57,894 nt of DNA, from IMG/VR virus record IMGVR_UViG_3300042196_000264; one strand, written 5' to 3'. Shown here one piece after another: positions 1 through 10,350 of this stretch (position 1 is its first letter; each line of letters starts with the position of its first letter). The translations under genes and the position numbers were made by a program. The notes under the pieces are model-generated. The model was not told where the DNA came from. It saw only the letters and a list, made by a program, of their open reading frames with translations, and made no database searches. This DNA comes from an uncultured virus (IMG/VR IMGVR_UViG_3300042196_000264). Lineage: Duplodnaviria; Heunggongvirae; Uroviricota; Caudoviricetes.

Positions 1-1763
1 AACACAACACTGCCGAACGTGGATTCTGTGCCGTTGGTGCCGCCATTTCCAGCACCATCGACTGCGACGCCCGCTCCGCCTGCGCCTCCAGTACCCACGC
101 TCGTGGCCTCCGTGGCGCCGAGGGATGCAACGGTGAAGAACGCCTCGACGCGGGCGCCACCGCCAGCGCCGCCGCCGCCGCTGTCGTTCGTACTTCCACG
201 GCCACCACCACCACCACCACCGCCACCGCCGAAGGCGATCACCTGTGCGTAGGTCGTTCCCGAGGCCTTCGTCCACGTACCGGCACCCGTCGCGGTGAAC
301 GTCTGGACGTTGATCGCAGATCCAGTAGGTCCAGTTGCACCGGTGGCCCCCGTGGTTCCGCTGGCTCCCGTAGCGCCTGTTGCCCCCGTTGGTCCTGTCG
401 CTCCCGTCGCGCCTGTTGCCCCGGTCGCACCGGTGGCCCCGGTGGCGCCTGTGGGCCCGGTGGCGCCCGTGGGTCCAGTCGCCCCCGTGGGCCCGGTGGC
501 GCCCGTGGGCCCTGTCGCTCCGGTCGCCCCGGTGGCGCCCGTGGGCCCTGTCGCTCCGGTGGCTCCGGTGGCGCCCGTGGGCCCGGTCGCTCCCGTGGGT
601 CCAGTAGCCCCCGTGGTCCCGGTGGCGCCCGTGGGCCCAGTAGCCCCCGTGGCGCCAGTCGCCCCTGTGGGGCCTGTCGCTCCGGTGGCTCCGGTGGCGC
701 CCGTGGGTCCAGTGGCGCCCGTAGGACCCGTGCTCCCGGTCGCCCCGGTCGCTCCCGTCGCTCCCGTGGCGCCCGTGGGTCCTGTCGCGCCAGTCGGACC
801 CGTGCTCCCGGTCGCACCCGTCGCACCCGTGGGTCCGGTGGCCCCGGTGGCGCCAGTCGGACCTGTTGCGCCGGTGGATCCTGTGGGCCCGGTGGCGCCG
901 GTGGGTCCTGTCGCACCGGTGGCCCCGGTTGCGCCGGTGGATCCTGTGGGTCCCGTCGCACCAGTTGCGCCTGTGGGACCGGTGGCGCCTGTGGGACCCG
1001 TCGCTCCGGTTGGCCCGGTCGCGCCTGTGGGACCCGTGGCACCGGTCGCTCCGGTGGCTCCTTGTGCCCCTGCGACACCAGTTGGACCCGTGGCACCCGT
1101 GGCACCCGTGGGTCCAGTTGCGCCAAACGTACCTGTGGGCCCTGTGGGGCCTGCTGGCCCGGTTGGACCTGTTGGGCCTGTGGGTCCTGTGGAGCCGGTC
1201 CCGGGGCCTGCAGGTCCGGTTGAGCCGGTAGGGCCTGTCGCCCCTGTCGGCCCCATGGGACCTTCTTGATCGCAGCACTCGAGAGATTGGATCGCGAGGA
1301 TCTCTGCAAGGTCGTCGGGGACCTCGAAGTTGATGCGAACGAGGATCGGATCTCCAGGGTTCGCGGATAGCCCGACGACCTGGAGGTCGGAGCCCTGGGG
1401 TACGAAGATCCCCTGGATCTCTTCGAAGTAGTCCGTGAGCCCGACGAGGCTGACGACTTCCTTCTGGAAGGAGACCGCTCCGGAGGTTCGGTCGACGATG
1501 TTGATGGCAGCGCCAGCGACTCCGGCGTTGGGTCCAGCGATCCAGATCGAGACGATGTAGCGGTTGCCGTAGGCGCTATCACCGGCGCCGAAGTTCGCAA
1601 CGTTCCCGAAGTCCGGCGTGAGCAGGCCTAGGTTCGCGACGGGTACGCGGTAGACCTGGTCGAGCTCGGGTGGCGCCCGGCTCGTGTCGATGACAGGGGC
1701 AGGCGTCGTGCCGTCCAGGGTCCCGCTGACGATGTACAGGACCGTGATCGTCTTGCTGCTCAC
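1..1763 (-). CDS. Collagen-like fibre/spike protein (paralog 6 of the tandem family); runs off the left edge
   Basis: Read manually; frame not in the ORF track. GTG at 1763 overlaps the upstream TGA. N-terminal family domain [23 protein letters not shown]...YGNRYI...IFVPQGS...LECCDQE, then GPT/GAT triplets (1262-324), then Gly-rich tip [18 protein letters not shown]...GGGGGGGG. No stop seen before position 1. Confidence 0.85.
   Translation of the reverse strand, partial: MSSKTITVLYIVSGTLDGTTPAPVIDTSRAPPELDQVYRVPVANLGLLTPDFGNVANFGAGDSAYGNRYIVSIWIAGPNAGVAGAAINIVDRTSGAVSFQKEVVSLVGLTDYFEEIQGIFVPQGSDLQVVGLSANPGDPILVRINFEVPDDLAEILAIQSLECCDQEGPMGPTGATGPTGSTGPAGPGTGSTGPTGPTGPTGPAGPTGPTGTFGATGPTGATGATGPTGVAGAQGATGATGATGPTGATGPTGATGPTGATGPTGATGATGPTGSTGATGATGATGPTGATGPTGSTGATGPTGATGATGPTGATGATGSTGPTGATGPTGATGATGATGATGSTGPTGATGPTGATGATGATGPTGATGATGATGPTGATGTTGATGPTGATGPTGATGATGATGPTGATGATGATGPTGATGPTGATGPTGATGPTGATGATGATGATGATGATGPTGATGATGASGTTGATGATGPTGSAINVQTFTATGAGTWTKASGTTYAQVIAFGGGGGGGGGGRGSTNDSGGGGAGGGARVEAFFTVASLGATEATSVGTGGAGGAGVAVDGAGNGGTNGTESTFGSVV
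324..1262 (-). repeat. Collagen G-X-Y coding repeat (9-bp period, ~104 triplets, nearly all GPT/GAT)
   Basis: The + frame reads (PVA/PVG)n, i.e. antisense of (G-A/P-T)n; one short interruption ([10 protein letters not shown]). Confidence 0.95.
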
Positions 1764-2617
1764 AGGTACCTGATCTCGACGCTGAGACGGTAATCGATCT
1801 CCGGAACGTGGTCGTTGGCGACTCCGAGCGACACGAGGTCGCCGACGTTCCACGAGAACGTTCCTGTTGGGTCGAACGAGATGTTGGTGCTGCCGGCTGG
1901 GAGCGGAGAGAGCGTGAGGCTGTTCACGACTACGCCGTTGACCGCGAGACTGAGCTCGAAGTCTCCGCTGTCACTCGACCAGACCTCCACCGTCGGGATG
2001 AATCCCGCCCGCGAGGCCACCATGGCGTTGGGGATGTCGGAAGGAGCCGCGGACATGGTGGCGTCCACCCAGCTGACGTAGTCCGGAACGCCGATCGTCG
2101 CATTCGTCGTGATCACGTGGTGCGTGACCTCGCGTAGGCTTCCTCGATCGTTGCAGCAGAGCACCTGCTGGATGCTCGTGATGTCCTCGAGCGTCTCAGG
2201 GATCTGCAGGTTGAATCGCACCGTGATCGGGCTACCGGGGTTGGCTGTCATGCCGTCGAGAAACAGCATGGACCCCTGACCAACGAGGATCCCCGTGTCG
2301 AGGTAGAAGTTGCTCACTCCGGCCAGCGAGGCCACGACCTTCTGGTTGCGAACGACGCCAGTGGTGAAGTCGACGATCCGGATCGACGACGTGGGGTCTC
2401 CGATGTTGGGTCCCTCGATCCAGATCCACGGGACGTACCGGTTGCCGTAGCCGCCGAGCTCGCCACCAAACGTGAGGTCGATGAGCCCGAGGCTGTCTAC
2501 CGTGGCGCGGTAGAGTTGCTGCGGATCCGAGTTCCCGTCGAAGACATCGATCTCTGGAAGTGGGGTCGATCCGTCGAGTGAGCCCGTGACCGTGACGTCG
2601 AACGTGTAGGTCTGCAT
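1760..2617 (-). CDS. Tandem-family paralog 5, putative virion protein with beta-rich C-terminal domain
   Basis: [21 protein letters not shown]...GNRYV...VGQGS...VRF...LCC shared motifs. Confidence 0.75.
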   Translation of the reverse strand: MQTYTFDVTVTGSLDGSTPLPEIDVFDGNSDPQQLYRATVDSLGLIDLTFGGELGGYGNRYVPWIWIEGPNIGDPTSSIRIVDFTTGVVRNQKVVASLAGVSNFYLDTGILVGQGSMLFLDGMTANPGSPITVRFNLQIPETLEDITSIQQVLCCNDRGSLREVTHHVITTNATIGVPDYVSWVDATMSAAPSDIPNAMVASRAGFIPTVEVWSSDSGDFELSLAVNGVVVNSLTLSPLPAGSTNISFDPTGTFSWNVGDLVSLGVANDHVPEIDYRLSVEIRYL

Positions 2618-2630
2618 GGGCAAGTCACGA

Positions 2631-3383
2631 TCATGCGTCGTCGATGGTCAGCGTAGCCTCGGCCGTGCATCCGGGCCCGTTCGAGACGGTCACGACCACT
2701 GGGCACCCAAGGCCAGGCGAGATGCACTCAACGGTGATCTCGATCTCGGTGTCGGAGATGATAGCTTGCGAGTTCAGGAAGATGCTCCCGTTCGAGCACC
2801 CGGGCACAGAAAGGCTGACGATGGTACTGTCGTTGAAACCTGTGCCGTTGATCGTGACGGTATCGATCCCTCCGCAGACGATGTCGGTGGGGTCGAGGTC
2901 CGCGATCGTGACCGGGTCGCAGTTCGCCTGGTCGCAGCAACACGACCTGATCAGTTTCGGGTAGTCATCTGCGTCGTCTCCGAAGACGAACGAGAAGCGC
3001 ACGATGAGTGGGTCTGGCGTCCCTGACGCACCGATCGCTATGCCCATGAAGGACCCTTGCGGTACGAAGATGCACTCCGGCCGGTTGTAAAGCTGGGTCA
3101 CAAACCCTTGAGCGATGCGCTCAAAGTACAGTTCTGCACCTGACAGAAAGACCAGGCTCGCGATCGGTGGCGTCGGAGACGCGATGATGAGATCACGAAT
3201 GAACCGGTCTCCAATGCTCTGCCGCGTGTCGGAGAACACGGTGTCCACGTCGAACACTCCGACGTTCTCGACCTCGAACTGGTAGATCCCGTTCTGCAGG
3301 ATCGTAGCCTCTGAGAGCGGAGGCGTGAGGGTCGTGCCGTCGACTGCGCCGCTGACGATGTACTGGAGGGTGTAGGTCTGCAT
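2631..3383 (-). CDS. Tandem-family paralog 4 with C-terminal IPT/TIG-like Ig domain
   Basis: MQTYTLQYIVSGAVDG..NGIYQF..GDRFI..FVPQGS..CCC; C-terminus TVTINGTGF...ISDTEIEITV...VTVSN resembles IPT/TIG. Confidence 0.75.
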   Translation of the reverse strand: MQTYTLQYIVSGAVDGTTLTPPLSEATILQNGIYQFEVENVGVFDVDTVFSDTRQSIGDRFIRDLIIASPTPPIASLVFLSGAELYFERIAQGFVTQLYNRPECIFVPQGSFMGIAIGASGTPDPLIVRFSFVFGDDADDYPKLIRSCCCDQANCDPVTIADLDPTDIVCGGIDTVTINGTGFNDSTIVSLSVPGCSNGSIFLNSQAIISDTEIEITVECISPGLGCPVVVTVSNGPGCTAEATLTIDDA

Positions 3384-3386
3384 CGT

Positions 3387-4202
3387 TCAGTCCGCGTTGG
3401 CCCTGAATGCCTGTTTGACGGTGGTGCAGCAGTCGAACTCGCCACTCGTGAGATTGAGCTTGCACATTTCCAGGTCCACCCAGCACGACTCGTCCGACGC
3501 GGTGCACGTGACGTCGAACTGGAACTCGCTGTCTGAAACCTGAACAGCGTTCGAAGGCGTGATCACTGTCGATGCGCATTGCGGAGTGATCGTGAACTGG
3601 ATGAACCCACTCAGGCCGGAGCCGCGCACGGTGATAGTCGGCGTCGTCGCGTTGCAGTTCACGCTGGCTGGGCTGATGCTCTCGATGATCGGAGGTGTGC
3701 AGTCCGAAAAGTTCGAACAGCAGCATGCCGCCAGCATCCTCACATAGTCCTCTGGTGTGTCAGGCTGGACGACCTTGAGCCGGATGTACCCAGGGGCAGA
3801 GAGTCCGCCGAGGAACTGGAGTACGAGTACGTTTGACCCTTGAGGAACGAAGAGGCACGTCTGGTTCGAGAAACTCGAACTCGCGAGAAGGATCTCTTCG
3901 TACGAGCGCCCGTTGCCGTGGTCGATCGCCAGGATCACACCAGCCGTGCCAGGCATGTCGTACTCGATCGCCGTGATGAACCTGTCGCCAGTCGGAGCGA
4001 AGTTGAATCCGGTGGCTGAGTTCCGGATGACGGGCACCTGTGGAGTGACGATGCCGAGGCTCGAGACCACAAACCTGTAGATCCCGTTCTCCTCCGGCGT
4101 GGCCTCATCGGGCTTTCCGGAGCCCACCGGAGTGAAGGCGGGAGCGGGGACCGATGCGATCAGGCTGGTGAGGACCCTGTACTCGAGGCAGTAGGTCTGC
4201 AT
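3387..4202 (-). CDS. Tandem-family paralog 3 with C-terminal Ig-like domain
   Basis: MQTYCLEY..NGIYRF..GDRFI..FVPQGS..CCC; PIIESISP..TITVRGSG..VSDSEF. Confidence 0.75.
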   Translation of the reverse strand: MQTYCLEYRVLTSLIASVPAPAFTPVGSGKPDEATPEENGIYRFVVSSLGIVTPQVPVIRNSATGFNFAPTGDRFITAIEYDMPGTAGVILAIDHGNGRSYEEILLASSSFSNQTCLFVPQGSNVLVLQFLGGLSAPGYIRLKVVQPDTPEDYVRMLAACCCSNFSDCTPPIIESISPASVNCNATTPTITVRGSGLSGFIQFTITPQCASTVITPSNAVQVSDSEFQFDVTCTASDESCWVDLEMCKLNLTSGEFDCCTTVKQAFRANAD

Positions 4203-4211
4203 GTGGATCTC

Positions 4212-5000
4212 TCAGATGCTGGATGTGGTGCAGAAGGCACTCGAGAACTCGGATGCACAGCCAGGTGAGTTGGTGACCATCACGTCGAACGGGCAGTCCA
4301 ACGGCGTTGTACCTCCGCACGTGACCACGAAGGTGATCTCCGTGCTGCTCACGATGGTCACGTCGCTGATCACTACCGTCGAAAACTGGCACAGACCTTC
4401 CGCCGATGCGTTGGAGACGGACACGGATGTGGAGGGCGTGAAGCCAGTCCCCGTGATCGTCACCGTCCTGTCGGCTTCCAATCCTTCGCAGTCAATACAG
4501 GCCGGGGAGCTTGTCCACGAGAGGCTCTCGATGACAGGTGGGCTCGTGCAGCAGCAGCAGCTGTCGATGAGCAGCGCGTAGCTGCTTCCGTCCTCTGCAG
4601 CTCTGAATTGCATGCGGACAACGATCGGCGTGGGCGATACGCCGGCGTCAAAGCCTGTGAGCTTGACCAGGCTTCCCTGAGGGATCGGTACGCAGTTCAC
4701 GAACTGGCTGAGCGTGGTGGTCGGCTGATCGATGATGTCGTAGACGAGTCCATCCGCTACGAGCGACACATCGCCTCCGACAGGGGCGTTGGGGCTCTTG
4801 ATGATCAGGTTCGTCATGAACCTGTCGCCCATTGAGCCGATTTCGCCGTCGTAGCTCGGGTCGATGAGTCCCAGGTCGGACACTTCGAACTGGTAGATCC
4901 CGTTGGAAAGGACCGTCGCATCGGACAGGGGCGGCGACGGCGTCACCCCGTCCAGCTGACCGGAGACGCGGTACTCTACGGTGAAGGTCTGGAGTCCCAT
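4212..5000 (-). CDS. Tandem-family paralog 2 with C-terminal IPT/TIG-like domain
   Basis: LQTFTVEYRVSGQLDGVTP..NGIYQF..GDRF..IPQGS..CCCC; PVIESLS..TVTITGTGF..VSSTEIT..DVMVTN. Confidence 0.75.
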   Translation of the reverse strand: MGLQTFTVEYRVSGQLDGVTPSPPLSDATVLSNGIYQFEVSDLGLIDPSYDGEIGSMGDRFMTNLIIKSPNAPVGGDVSLVADGLVYDIIDQPTTTLSQFVNCVPIPQGSLVKLTGFDAGVSPTPIVVRMQFRAAEDGSSYALLIDSCCCCTSPPVIESLSWTSSPACIDCEGLEADRTVTITGTGFTPSTSVSVSNASAEGLCQFSTVVISDVTIVSSTEITFVVTCGGTTPLDCPFDVMVTNSPGCASEFSSAFCTTSSI

Positions 5001-5007
5001 GTCGGGC

Positions 5008-5571
5008 TCACGGCACGAACGCGGTGAAGACGTTGTTGAGCGAAGCTGTGCAGCAGAACGCCTGCTGAATGAGCGCCTCTTGCTCTTCGGTCTGGGGCGT
5101 GAACACCTGGAACCGGATCACGTAGGGCTCCAGACCAGGATCCTGCAAGCGGACGAGTTGGAGCGCCTGGCCCTGCGGGACGATGAACCCCCTGCGTGAG
5201 TACGTCTGCCCGTCGCTGACGAGGGTGATGAACTCCGGGTTGAGCGCATCTGGGACCACCTGACTGGTCAGGTACGCGCAGGGTCGCGCGGCGGATCCGG
5301 CTGGCCCGGGGGCACCGACCTGACTCGAGAACTGGAACCAGGTGATGTACCGGTTCCCGATCGTCGTGGGCGGGCTCAGGACCGTGTTGCTGATCTCCGC
5401 GAGGTCGATGACGCCGAGGTTCCCGGCGATGTCGAACCTGTAGATGTTCTCGGGGTCCGCCAGGGGTGGCCCCTGGTCCGTGGCCGTGTTGCGGAAGGCT
5501 GGCGCGGGCGTGACCCCGTCGAGCTGTCCGGAGACCGTGTACTGGAGGCAGAAGCTCTGGAGGGCGCTCAT
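5008..5571 (-). CDS. Tandem-family paralog 1 (shared N-terminal domain only)
   Basis: LQSFCLQYTVSGQLDGVTPAP..NIYRF..GNRYI..IVPQGQ..IRF..FCC, ends shortly after the CC motif. Confidence 0.75.
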   Translation of the reverse strand: MSALQSFCLQYTVSGQLDGVTPAPAFRNTATDQGPPLADPENIYRFDIAGNLGVIDLAEISNTVLSPPTTIGNRYITWFQFSSQVGAPGPAGSAARPCAYLTSQVVPDALNPEFITLVSDGQTYSRRGFIVPQGQALQLVRLQDPGLEPYVIRFQVFTPQTEEQEALIQQAFCCTASLNNVFTAFVP

Positions 5572-5665
5572 CGCCTCGCCAGCCTACCACCGGTTTTGAC
5601 CTAGTGGCCAGCGATACGTAAGGAAGGGTAGCCTGGACCGGCCCACTGGGGTTACGCTCAGATCC

Positions 5666-5917
5666 GTGGCCCTCTGGAGAAAACCGCCCCCCCATGCCCG
5701 CAGCGCCATCTCAGCCCCCGCTGGGCTCCCTCCACCTCAGGTGAGGATCCCTGTCCCAGGGGTCTCGGAGGCCGTGGGGCTTGGCGACGTCGTGGCCAAG
5801 GTGACCTCGGCCGTGGGGATCAAGCCCTGCGTCCCGTGTGCGAAGCGGCGGGCCCGCCTGAACCGCCTGATCCAGTTTGGCGGCCGGCGAAAAGAACCCG
5901 CGCCGTCCGAGACGTGA
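5666..5917 (+). CDS. Small phage protein with GLGD...CxxC..R...LN motif
   Basis: GLGDVVAKVTSAVGIKPCVPCAKRRARLN, a motif pattern I recognise from small phage hypothetical proteins. Confidence 0.6.
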   Translation: MALWRKPPPHARSAISAPAGLPPPQVRIPVPGVSEAVGLGDVVAKVTSAVGIKPCVPCAKRRARLNRLIQFGGRRKEPAPSET

Positions 5918-5920
5918 GGG

Positions 5921-6148
5921 ATGTCCAGGTCCAGGCATGGGGCGCATGCCGGTGGCCCCGAGTGGCTCAGGTACCGGTCATGCCCGAGTGGACGAGCTCG
6001 TTGTGGGCTGTGCTCCGGCTCGCGCCTCGGCCGGCCGGTGCCCACGAGGATGACGGAGGAGGCTGTGACCGAGGCCCTCGCTGACCTCGAAAATGAGCGC
6101 GAGTGGATGCAGGTACTCGGCGACCCTTCCGAGTGGCCCGACGAGTGA
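5921..6148 (+). CDS. Hypothetical protein (Cys-containing)
   Basis: Abuts the previous gene; ORF only. Confidence 0.4.
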   Translation: MSRSRHGAHAGGPEWLRYRSCPSGRARCGLCSGSRLGRPVPTRMTEEAVTEALADLENEREWMQVLGDPSEWPDE

Positions 6149-6150
6149 TG

Positions 6151-6372
6151 TCACGCGGTGGGGGTGGGTCCCTTGCTGCGCATCATCTCGAGCCTGCCGA
6201 GACACATGAGCATCATCGTGATGAGCTTGTTGGCGTCATCCGGAGCCATGCAGATGACGATCTTCGGGTTTTCCCCGGTTTCAGCGTCCTCCTCGGAACC
6301 GTGCATGCGGATGCTGATCTCGCCGACCTCTGTGAGATGTACAGACATGTGGCATTCGTTGAGTGAGGCCAT
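6151..6372 (-). CDS. Hypothetical protein
   Basis: Directly downstream of fcl; purine-rich upstream sequence. Confidence 0.5.
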   Translation of the reverse strand: MASLNECHMSVHLTEVGEISIRMHGSEEDAETGENPKIVICMAPDDANKLITMMLMCLGRLEMMRSKGPTPTA

Positions 6373-6383
6373 ATCTTCTTCCC

Positions 6384-7310
6384 CTACTGCGACCGGTAGA
6401 ACTCAGCTGTGAGCGAAAGCCCGAGGTCGATCCCGACGAGGGGACTCCACCCGAGCATCCAGATCCTCTTACTGTCGAGCAGCTTCCTGGGCGCACCGTT
6501 CGGCATCGTCACGTTCCATTCGATCTGAACATGCTCGAGACCAAATGCCTGGCGAACTTTCATGGCGATCTCTCGGACGGAATGCTCCATCCCGCTGCCG
6601 ATGTTGATCGGTCCGTAGTCCGAGAACCCTGGCATCACGTAGTCGACGCATGCCTCAGCGAGGTCGTCGACGTACATGAGCTCTCGTAGTGGGCTTCCGT
6701 CTCCCCAGAGCCGAACGGCCTTCATCCCAGTCAGCATCGCAGCATCGAAAGCCGCGATCATCCCGGGGACCAGGTGTGATGCCTCACGGTCGAAGTTGTC
6801 CCATGGGCCGTAGAGGTTGCACGGCATCACGCTGACGTAGTCGCACCCGTACTGCTTCCGGTAGGCGTCGCACATCTCGATGCCTGCGATCTTCGCCACT
6901 GCATACGCACGGTTGGTCTCTTCGGGCTTGCCTGAGAGCAAGTCATCTTCTCGCAGGAGTTCCGTCGACACCGGGTACGCACACGACGAGCCCATGAAGA
7001 GCAGCTTCTTGACGCCGGCGAACCGCGACGACGTGACCACGTTGGTCACGATCTGGAGATTGTCGGTGATGAACTCGGCGGGTCGTGTTTGGTTGGCACG
7101 GATCCCTCCGACCGTGGCGGCGCACAGGAAGACGTAGGCTGGCTCCTTGTCACGGAAAAACGCCTCGACGGCGTGCTGATCACGGAGGTCGAGCTCGCTC
7201 CGGGTGGCCGTGATGATGTTCGAGAAGTGCAACCGTTGCAGTTTTCTGACAATCGCCCTGCCGACCATGCCCTGGTGTCCAGCTACGTAGATCGGATCAG
7301 AAGCATCCAT
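6384..7310 (-). CDS. fcl: GDP-L-fucose synthase
   Basis: IYVAGHQGMVGRAI, AATVGGI, GSSCAYP, YAVAK, MPCNLYGP.DNF, WGDGSPLRE. Start placed at ATG 7310 behind GGAGG. Confidence 0.93.
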   Translation of the reverse strand: MDASDPIYVAGHQGMVGRAIVRKLQRLHFSNIITATRSELDLRDQHAVEAFFRDKEPAYVFLCAATVGGIRANQTRPAEFITDNLQIVTNVVTSSRFAGVKKLLFMGSSCAYPVSTELLREDDLLSGKPEETNRAYAVAKIAGIEMCDAYRKQYGCDYVSVMPCNLYGPWDNFDREASHLVPGMIAAFDAAMLTGMKAVRLWGDGSPLRELMYVDDLAEACVDYVMPGFSDYGPINIGSGMEHSVREIAMKVRQAFGLEHVQIEWNVTMPNGAPRKLLDSKRIWMLGWSPLVGIDLGLSLTAEFYRSQ

Positions 7311-7312
7311 GC

Positions 7313-8344
7313 TCACCTCCATTTCTGATCGAAAAGGTCGGAGCGGACCATGTCGCTCACGAGTTTCTCGAAGGTCGTCGTCGGCTTCCACCCGAGCGCA
7401 GAGCGGATCGTAGACGTCTCGCCGCGGAGCACGTCGACCTCGGAGGGTCTGAAGTAGCGCGGGTCGATCTCGACGAAGTCATCGACCTCAGGGAGGGTGA
7501 ACCCGTAGCTCCGGACGCAATCGGCGGCCGCCTCGAGGAACTGGCGGACGCTTCGGGTCTCGCCCGTGGCCACCACGTAGTCTCCCGGTCGGTCGGCCTG
7601 GAGCATCGCGTGCATGGCCACCACGTAGTCCCGCGCGTGTCCCCAGTCCCGCTGGGCGTCGAGATTCCCGAGGAAGAGCTTCTCTTGCAGCCCGAGGGCG
7701 ATCTTCGCGATGGCAATCGTGATCTTCCGCGTCACGAACGTGGGGCTCCTGCGCGGGGACTCATGGTTGAACAGGATCCCGTTGCAAGCGAAGAGACCGT
7801 AGGCCTCGCGGTAGTTGACGGTGGCGTGGTACGCGAACACCTTCGCGCATCCGTAGGGGCTCCGTGGATGGAAGGGCGTACCGAGCCCCTGGGGAGGTGG
7901 GCTCGAGCCAAACATCTCTGAGCTGGAGGCCTGGTAGAGCCTGGGGCTCACCTTGTGGTGGTGGGCGTAGTTCTTGACCGCGTCGAGCACCCGGAGGGCC
8001 CCGAGGCCGGTCGTATCCCCGGTGTAGATCGGCTGGTCGAAGGACACCCGTACGTGGGACTGCGCCGCGAGGTTGTAGACCTCGTCCGGCATCGTTTGCT
8101 CCAGGATCTCGCGGAGGCCAGAGGCGTCGCTGAGGTCGCAGAAGTGAAGCCTCAGACGCGTCTCGGGGTGCTCGAGCGGGTCCCGGTACAGGTGGTCGAT
8201 CCTGCCCGTGTTGAAGCTCGATGACCTTCGTATCGTGCCGTGGACCTCGTATCCCTTGTCGAGCAGTAGCTCCGCGAGGTAGGATCCATCCTGCCCGGTG
8301 ATCCCGGTGATGAGGGCGCGCCGCAAGCGGAGGAACGATGGCAT
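7313..8344 (-). CDS. gmd: GDP-mannose 4,6-dehydratase
   Basis: [65 protein letters not shown]. Exact start uncertain. Confidence 0.97.
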   Translation of the reverse strand: MPSFLRLRRALITGITGQDGSYLAELLLDKGYEVHGTIRRSSSFNTGRIDHLYRDPLEHPETRLRLHFCDLSDASGLREILEQTMPDEVYNLAAQSHVRVSFDQPIYTGDTTGLGALRVLDAVKNYAHHHKVSPRLYQASSSEMFGSSPPPQGLGTPFHPRSPYGCAKVFAYHATVNYREAYGLFACNGILFNHESPRRSPTFVTRKITIAIAKIALGLQEKLFLGNLDAQRDWGHARDYVVAMHAMLQADRPGDYVVATGETRSVRQFLEAAADCVRSYGFTLPEVDDFVEIDPRYFRPSEVDVLRGETSTIRSALGWKPTTTFEKLVSDMVRSDLFDQKWR

Positions 8345-10350
8345 CACCCATCCAGAAGATCAAGATCAAACGGGAGGCCAAGCGGGCCGTTCGTGCGTGG
8401 CGCATGCAGAAGATGAGCCCGACTGCGCCGGCCATGAGCAGGGCGAATGCGCCCTCGGTGCGGCGCTTTGCTCCAGGTACGCCGGTCGTGCCGCTGCATC
8501 CGCTCGTCCCGGACATCGAGTCGGATGTCGAAGTCTCGGTGATCTTTGGAACGTACAACAGGTTCAGGTCGCTCCGCAGGTGTGTGGACTCCGTGCGTGC
8601 CGCCTGCCTCGGGATCGCACACGAGATCATCATCTGCGATGGTGGATCCACAGATGGCTCGCTCGAGTGGCTCGAGAAGCAAGGTGACATCATCACGATC
8701 CACGGCGGACTAGATGGCGCTGTCAAGGCGTTCAACGCGTGCTTCGAGATGGTTCGCGGTCGGCACACGCTGACGCTCAATGATGACATCGCGCTCTCAG
8801 AGCCAGCCGTGCGGAACGGACTCGTCCACATGGGCGACCCCTATGTCGGACAGGTCGCCTTCGCGTTCGGATTCCCTGGCCATCCATCTGGGCTCCTGGA
8901 CTTCCATGGCGCCGCGTACCTCAACTACGGTCTCACACGAACGGGCCTTGCGCGCGCGATAGCAAAGTGCAGCGGTGGATTCTGGGATCCAGTCTACTAC
9001 ACGTACGGCGGCGACACAGAGTTGTCGATGTGGGTCAGGAGGCTCGGTTATAGCGTGGCCCGCGGTACCACCAGCACCCTCGTCGACTTTCACGACGACG
9101 ACGCTCTGCGGGCACGGAGCCACCACGTAGAGCAAGGCAGGTCAGTCACGATCTTCTACGCGAGATGGCCTGACGCCAGGTTCCTGACCTTCCGCGGGCC
9201 CATGCCCAAGCTTGGAGCCGCAGAGGTTCGGGCACTCTCGAAGCTAGAGCAGGGGCCGCTGCCTCAGGAGAGGTGGGAGTGTCTCAAGTCTGCGGACCCG
9301 AAGGTTGGAGATCTGCCAGTTTCGGTCGACCCGTCCCCCGAGCGCGTTCTGCACGTCTACATCCGCACCGATGATGACCCACAAGCCTCCATGGCTCAGG
9401 CCTTTCGTGAGATGGGTTCTCGTGGGTTCGCGTCGGTGGACTGGTTGTCGATGCCACCACACGCGCGAAACTCGGCCTGCCTCAAGGCGTCTGCCACTAT
9501 TCGCCCGACGCTCGTCTTCATGCAGATTCAGTCTCCTGACGCGATCGCCATCGAGACGATCCGTCAGATCCGGATGGACCCACAGCGGGACCCCGGATGC
9601 GTCGTCGTCCTGTGGTCAGGTGACGTGGGGCCCGTGAACGGTCCGTGGCCAGGACTTCAGGATGCGTGGAGCCACACCTACGCGAAGGTGGTGGATGCCA
9701 TGCTCTACACTGGGACCGGGCAAGTCGAGATCCAAAGGTCACGTGGCATGCTGAACGCTGCTTATCTCCAGATCGGCTTCGATGAGTCAAGATACTACCC
9801 GAGCTCAGATCCGTCATCCTACGGAACCCTGCATGACGCCGTGTTCCTGGGGCAGGACTACGGAGACCAATGGGCCTGTGTGCCAGACAACGACGTCGCG
9901 TTGAGGCGGAGGGTCGTAGAGGCCTTTGCGTCCGAACTCCCGCGCTTCTGCGCCTACGGAGGTGGGTGGGGGGCAGGGTATCTTCCACAGAGCCGCGCTG
10001 GTGACATCTACCGTGGGTCCCTCCTTGCGCTCTCCACGAGCCTGGTCTCGAATCTCGGGCGGTACACCAGCGACAGGATGATCCGCGCGATGGCCTGTGG
10101 AACGACCACGCTGGTCAAGCGTTTCGCGGACATGGAGGGCATGGGACTCGAGCACGGCAAAAACTGCCTCGTCTGGGACACTCCAGCGGAGGCAGTTGAT
10201 CTCGCCCGACACTGGCTCTCGCCGCAGCGGCGGGATGACCTCCTACAGATCGGACGTGCCGGGGCCAAGCTCATGAAGGAGCGTCATACGTGGGGCGTCA
10301 GGATCCGAGAGCTCGCCTACATCGTCAAGAAGCTTCGAGGCTGCCGATGA
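8338..10350 (+). CDS. Two-domain glycosyltransferase (GT2/GT-A plus C-terminal CgeB-like GT-B domain)
   Basis: [26 protein letters not shown]-terminus [30 protein letters not shown]. Start may be further downstream. Confidence 0.85.
   Translation: MASPIQKIKIKREAKRAVRAWRMQKMSPTAPAMSRANAPSVRRFAPGTPVVPLHPLVPDIESDVEVSVIFGTYNRFRSLRRCVDSVRAACLGIAHEIIICDGGSTDGSLEWLEKQGDIITIHGGLDGAVKAFNACFEMVRGRHTLTLNDDIALSEPAVRNGLVHMGDPYVGQVAFAFGFPGHPSGLLDFHGAAYLNYGLTRTGLARAIAKCSGGFWDPVYYTYGGDTELSMWVRRLGYSVARGTTSTLVDFHDDDALRARSHHVEQGRSVTIFYARWPDARFLTFRGPMPKLGAAEVRALSKLEQGPLPQERWECLKSADPKVGDLPVSVDPSPERVLHVYIRTDDDPQASMAQAFREMGSRGFASVDWLSMPPHARNSACLKASATIRPTLVFMQIQSPDAIAIETIRQIRMDPQRDPGCVVVLWSGDVGPVNGPWPGLQDAWSHTYAKVVDAMLYTGTGQVEIQRSRGMLNAAYLQIGFDESRYYPSSDPSSYGTLHDAVFLGQDYGDQWACVPDNDVALRRRVVEAFASELPRFCAYGGGWGAGYLPQSRAGDIYRGSLLALSTSLVSNLGRYTSDRMIRAMACGTTTLVKRFADMEGMGLEHGKNCLVWDTPAEAVDLARHWLSPQRRDDLLQIGRAGAKLMKERHTWGVRIRELAYIVKKLRGCR

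Noticed and set aside
239..1600. Track ORFs 239..1600(-) and 295..1269(+), Pro/Arg/Val-rich
   Set aside because: Shadow frames of the collagen repeat; the coherent frame is 1763 to <1 on the minus strand.
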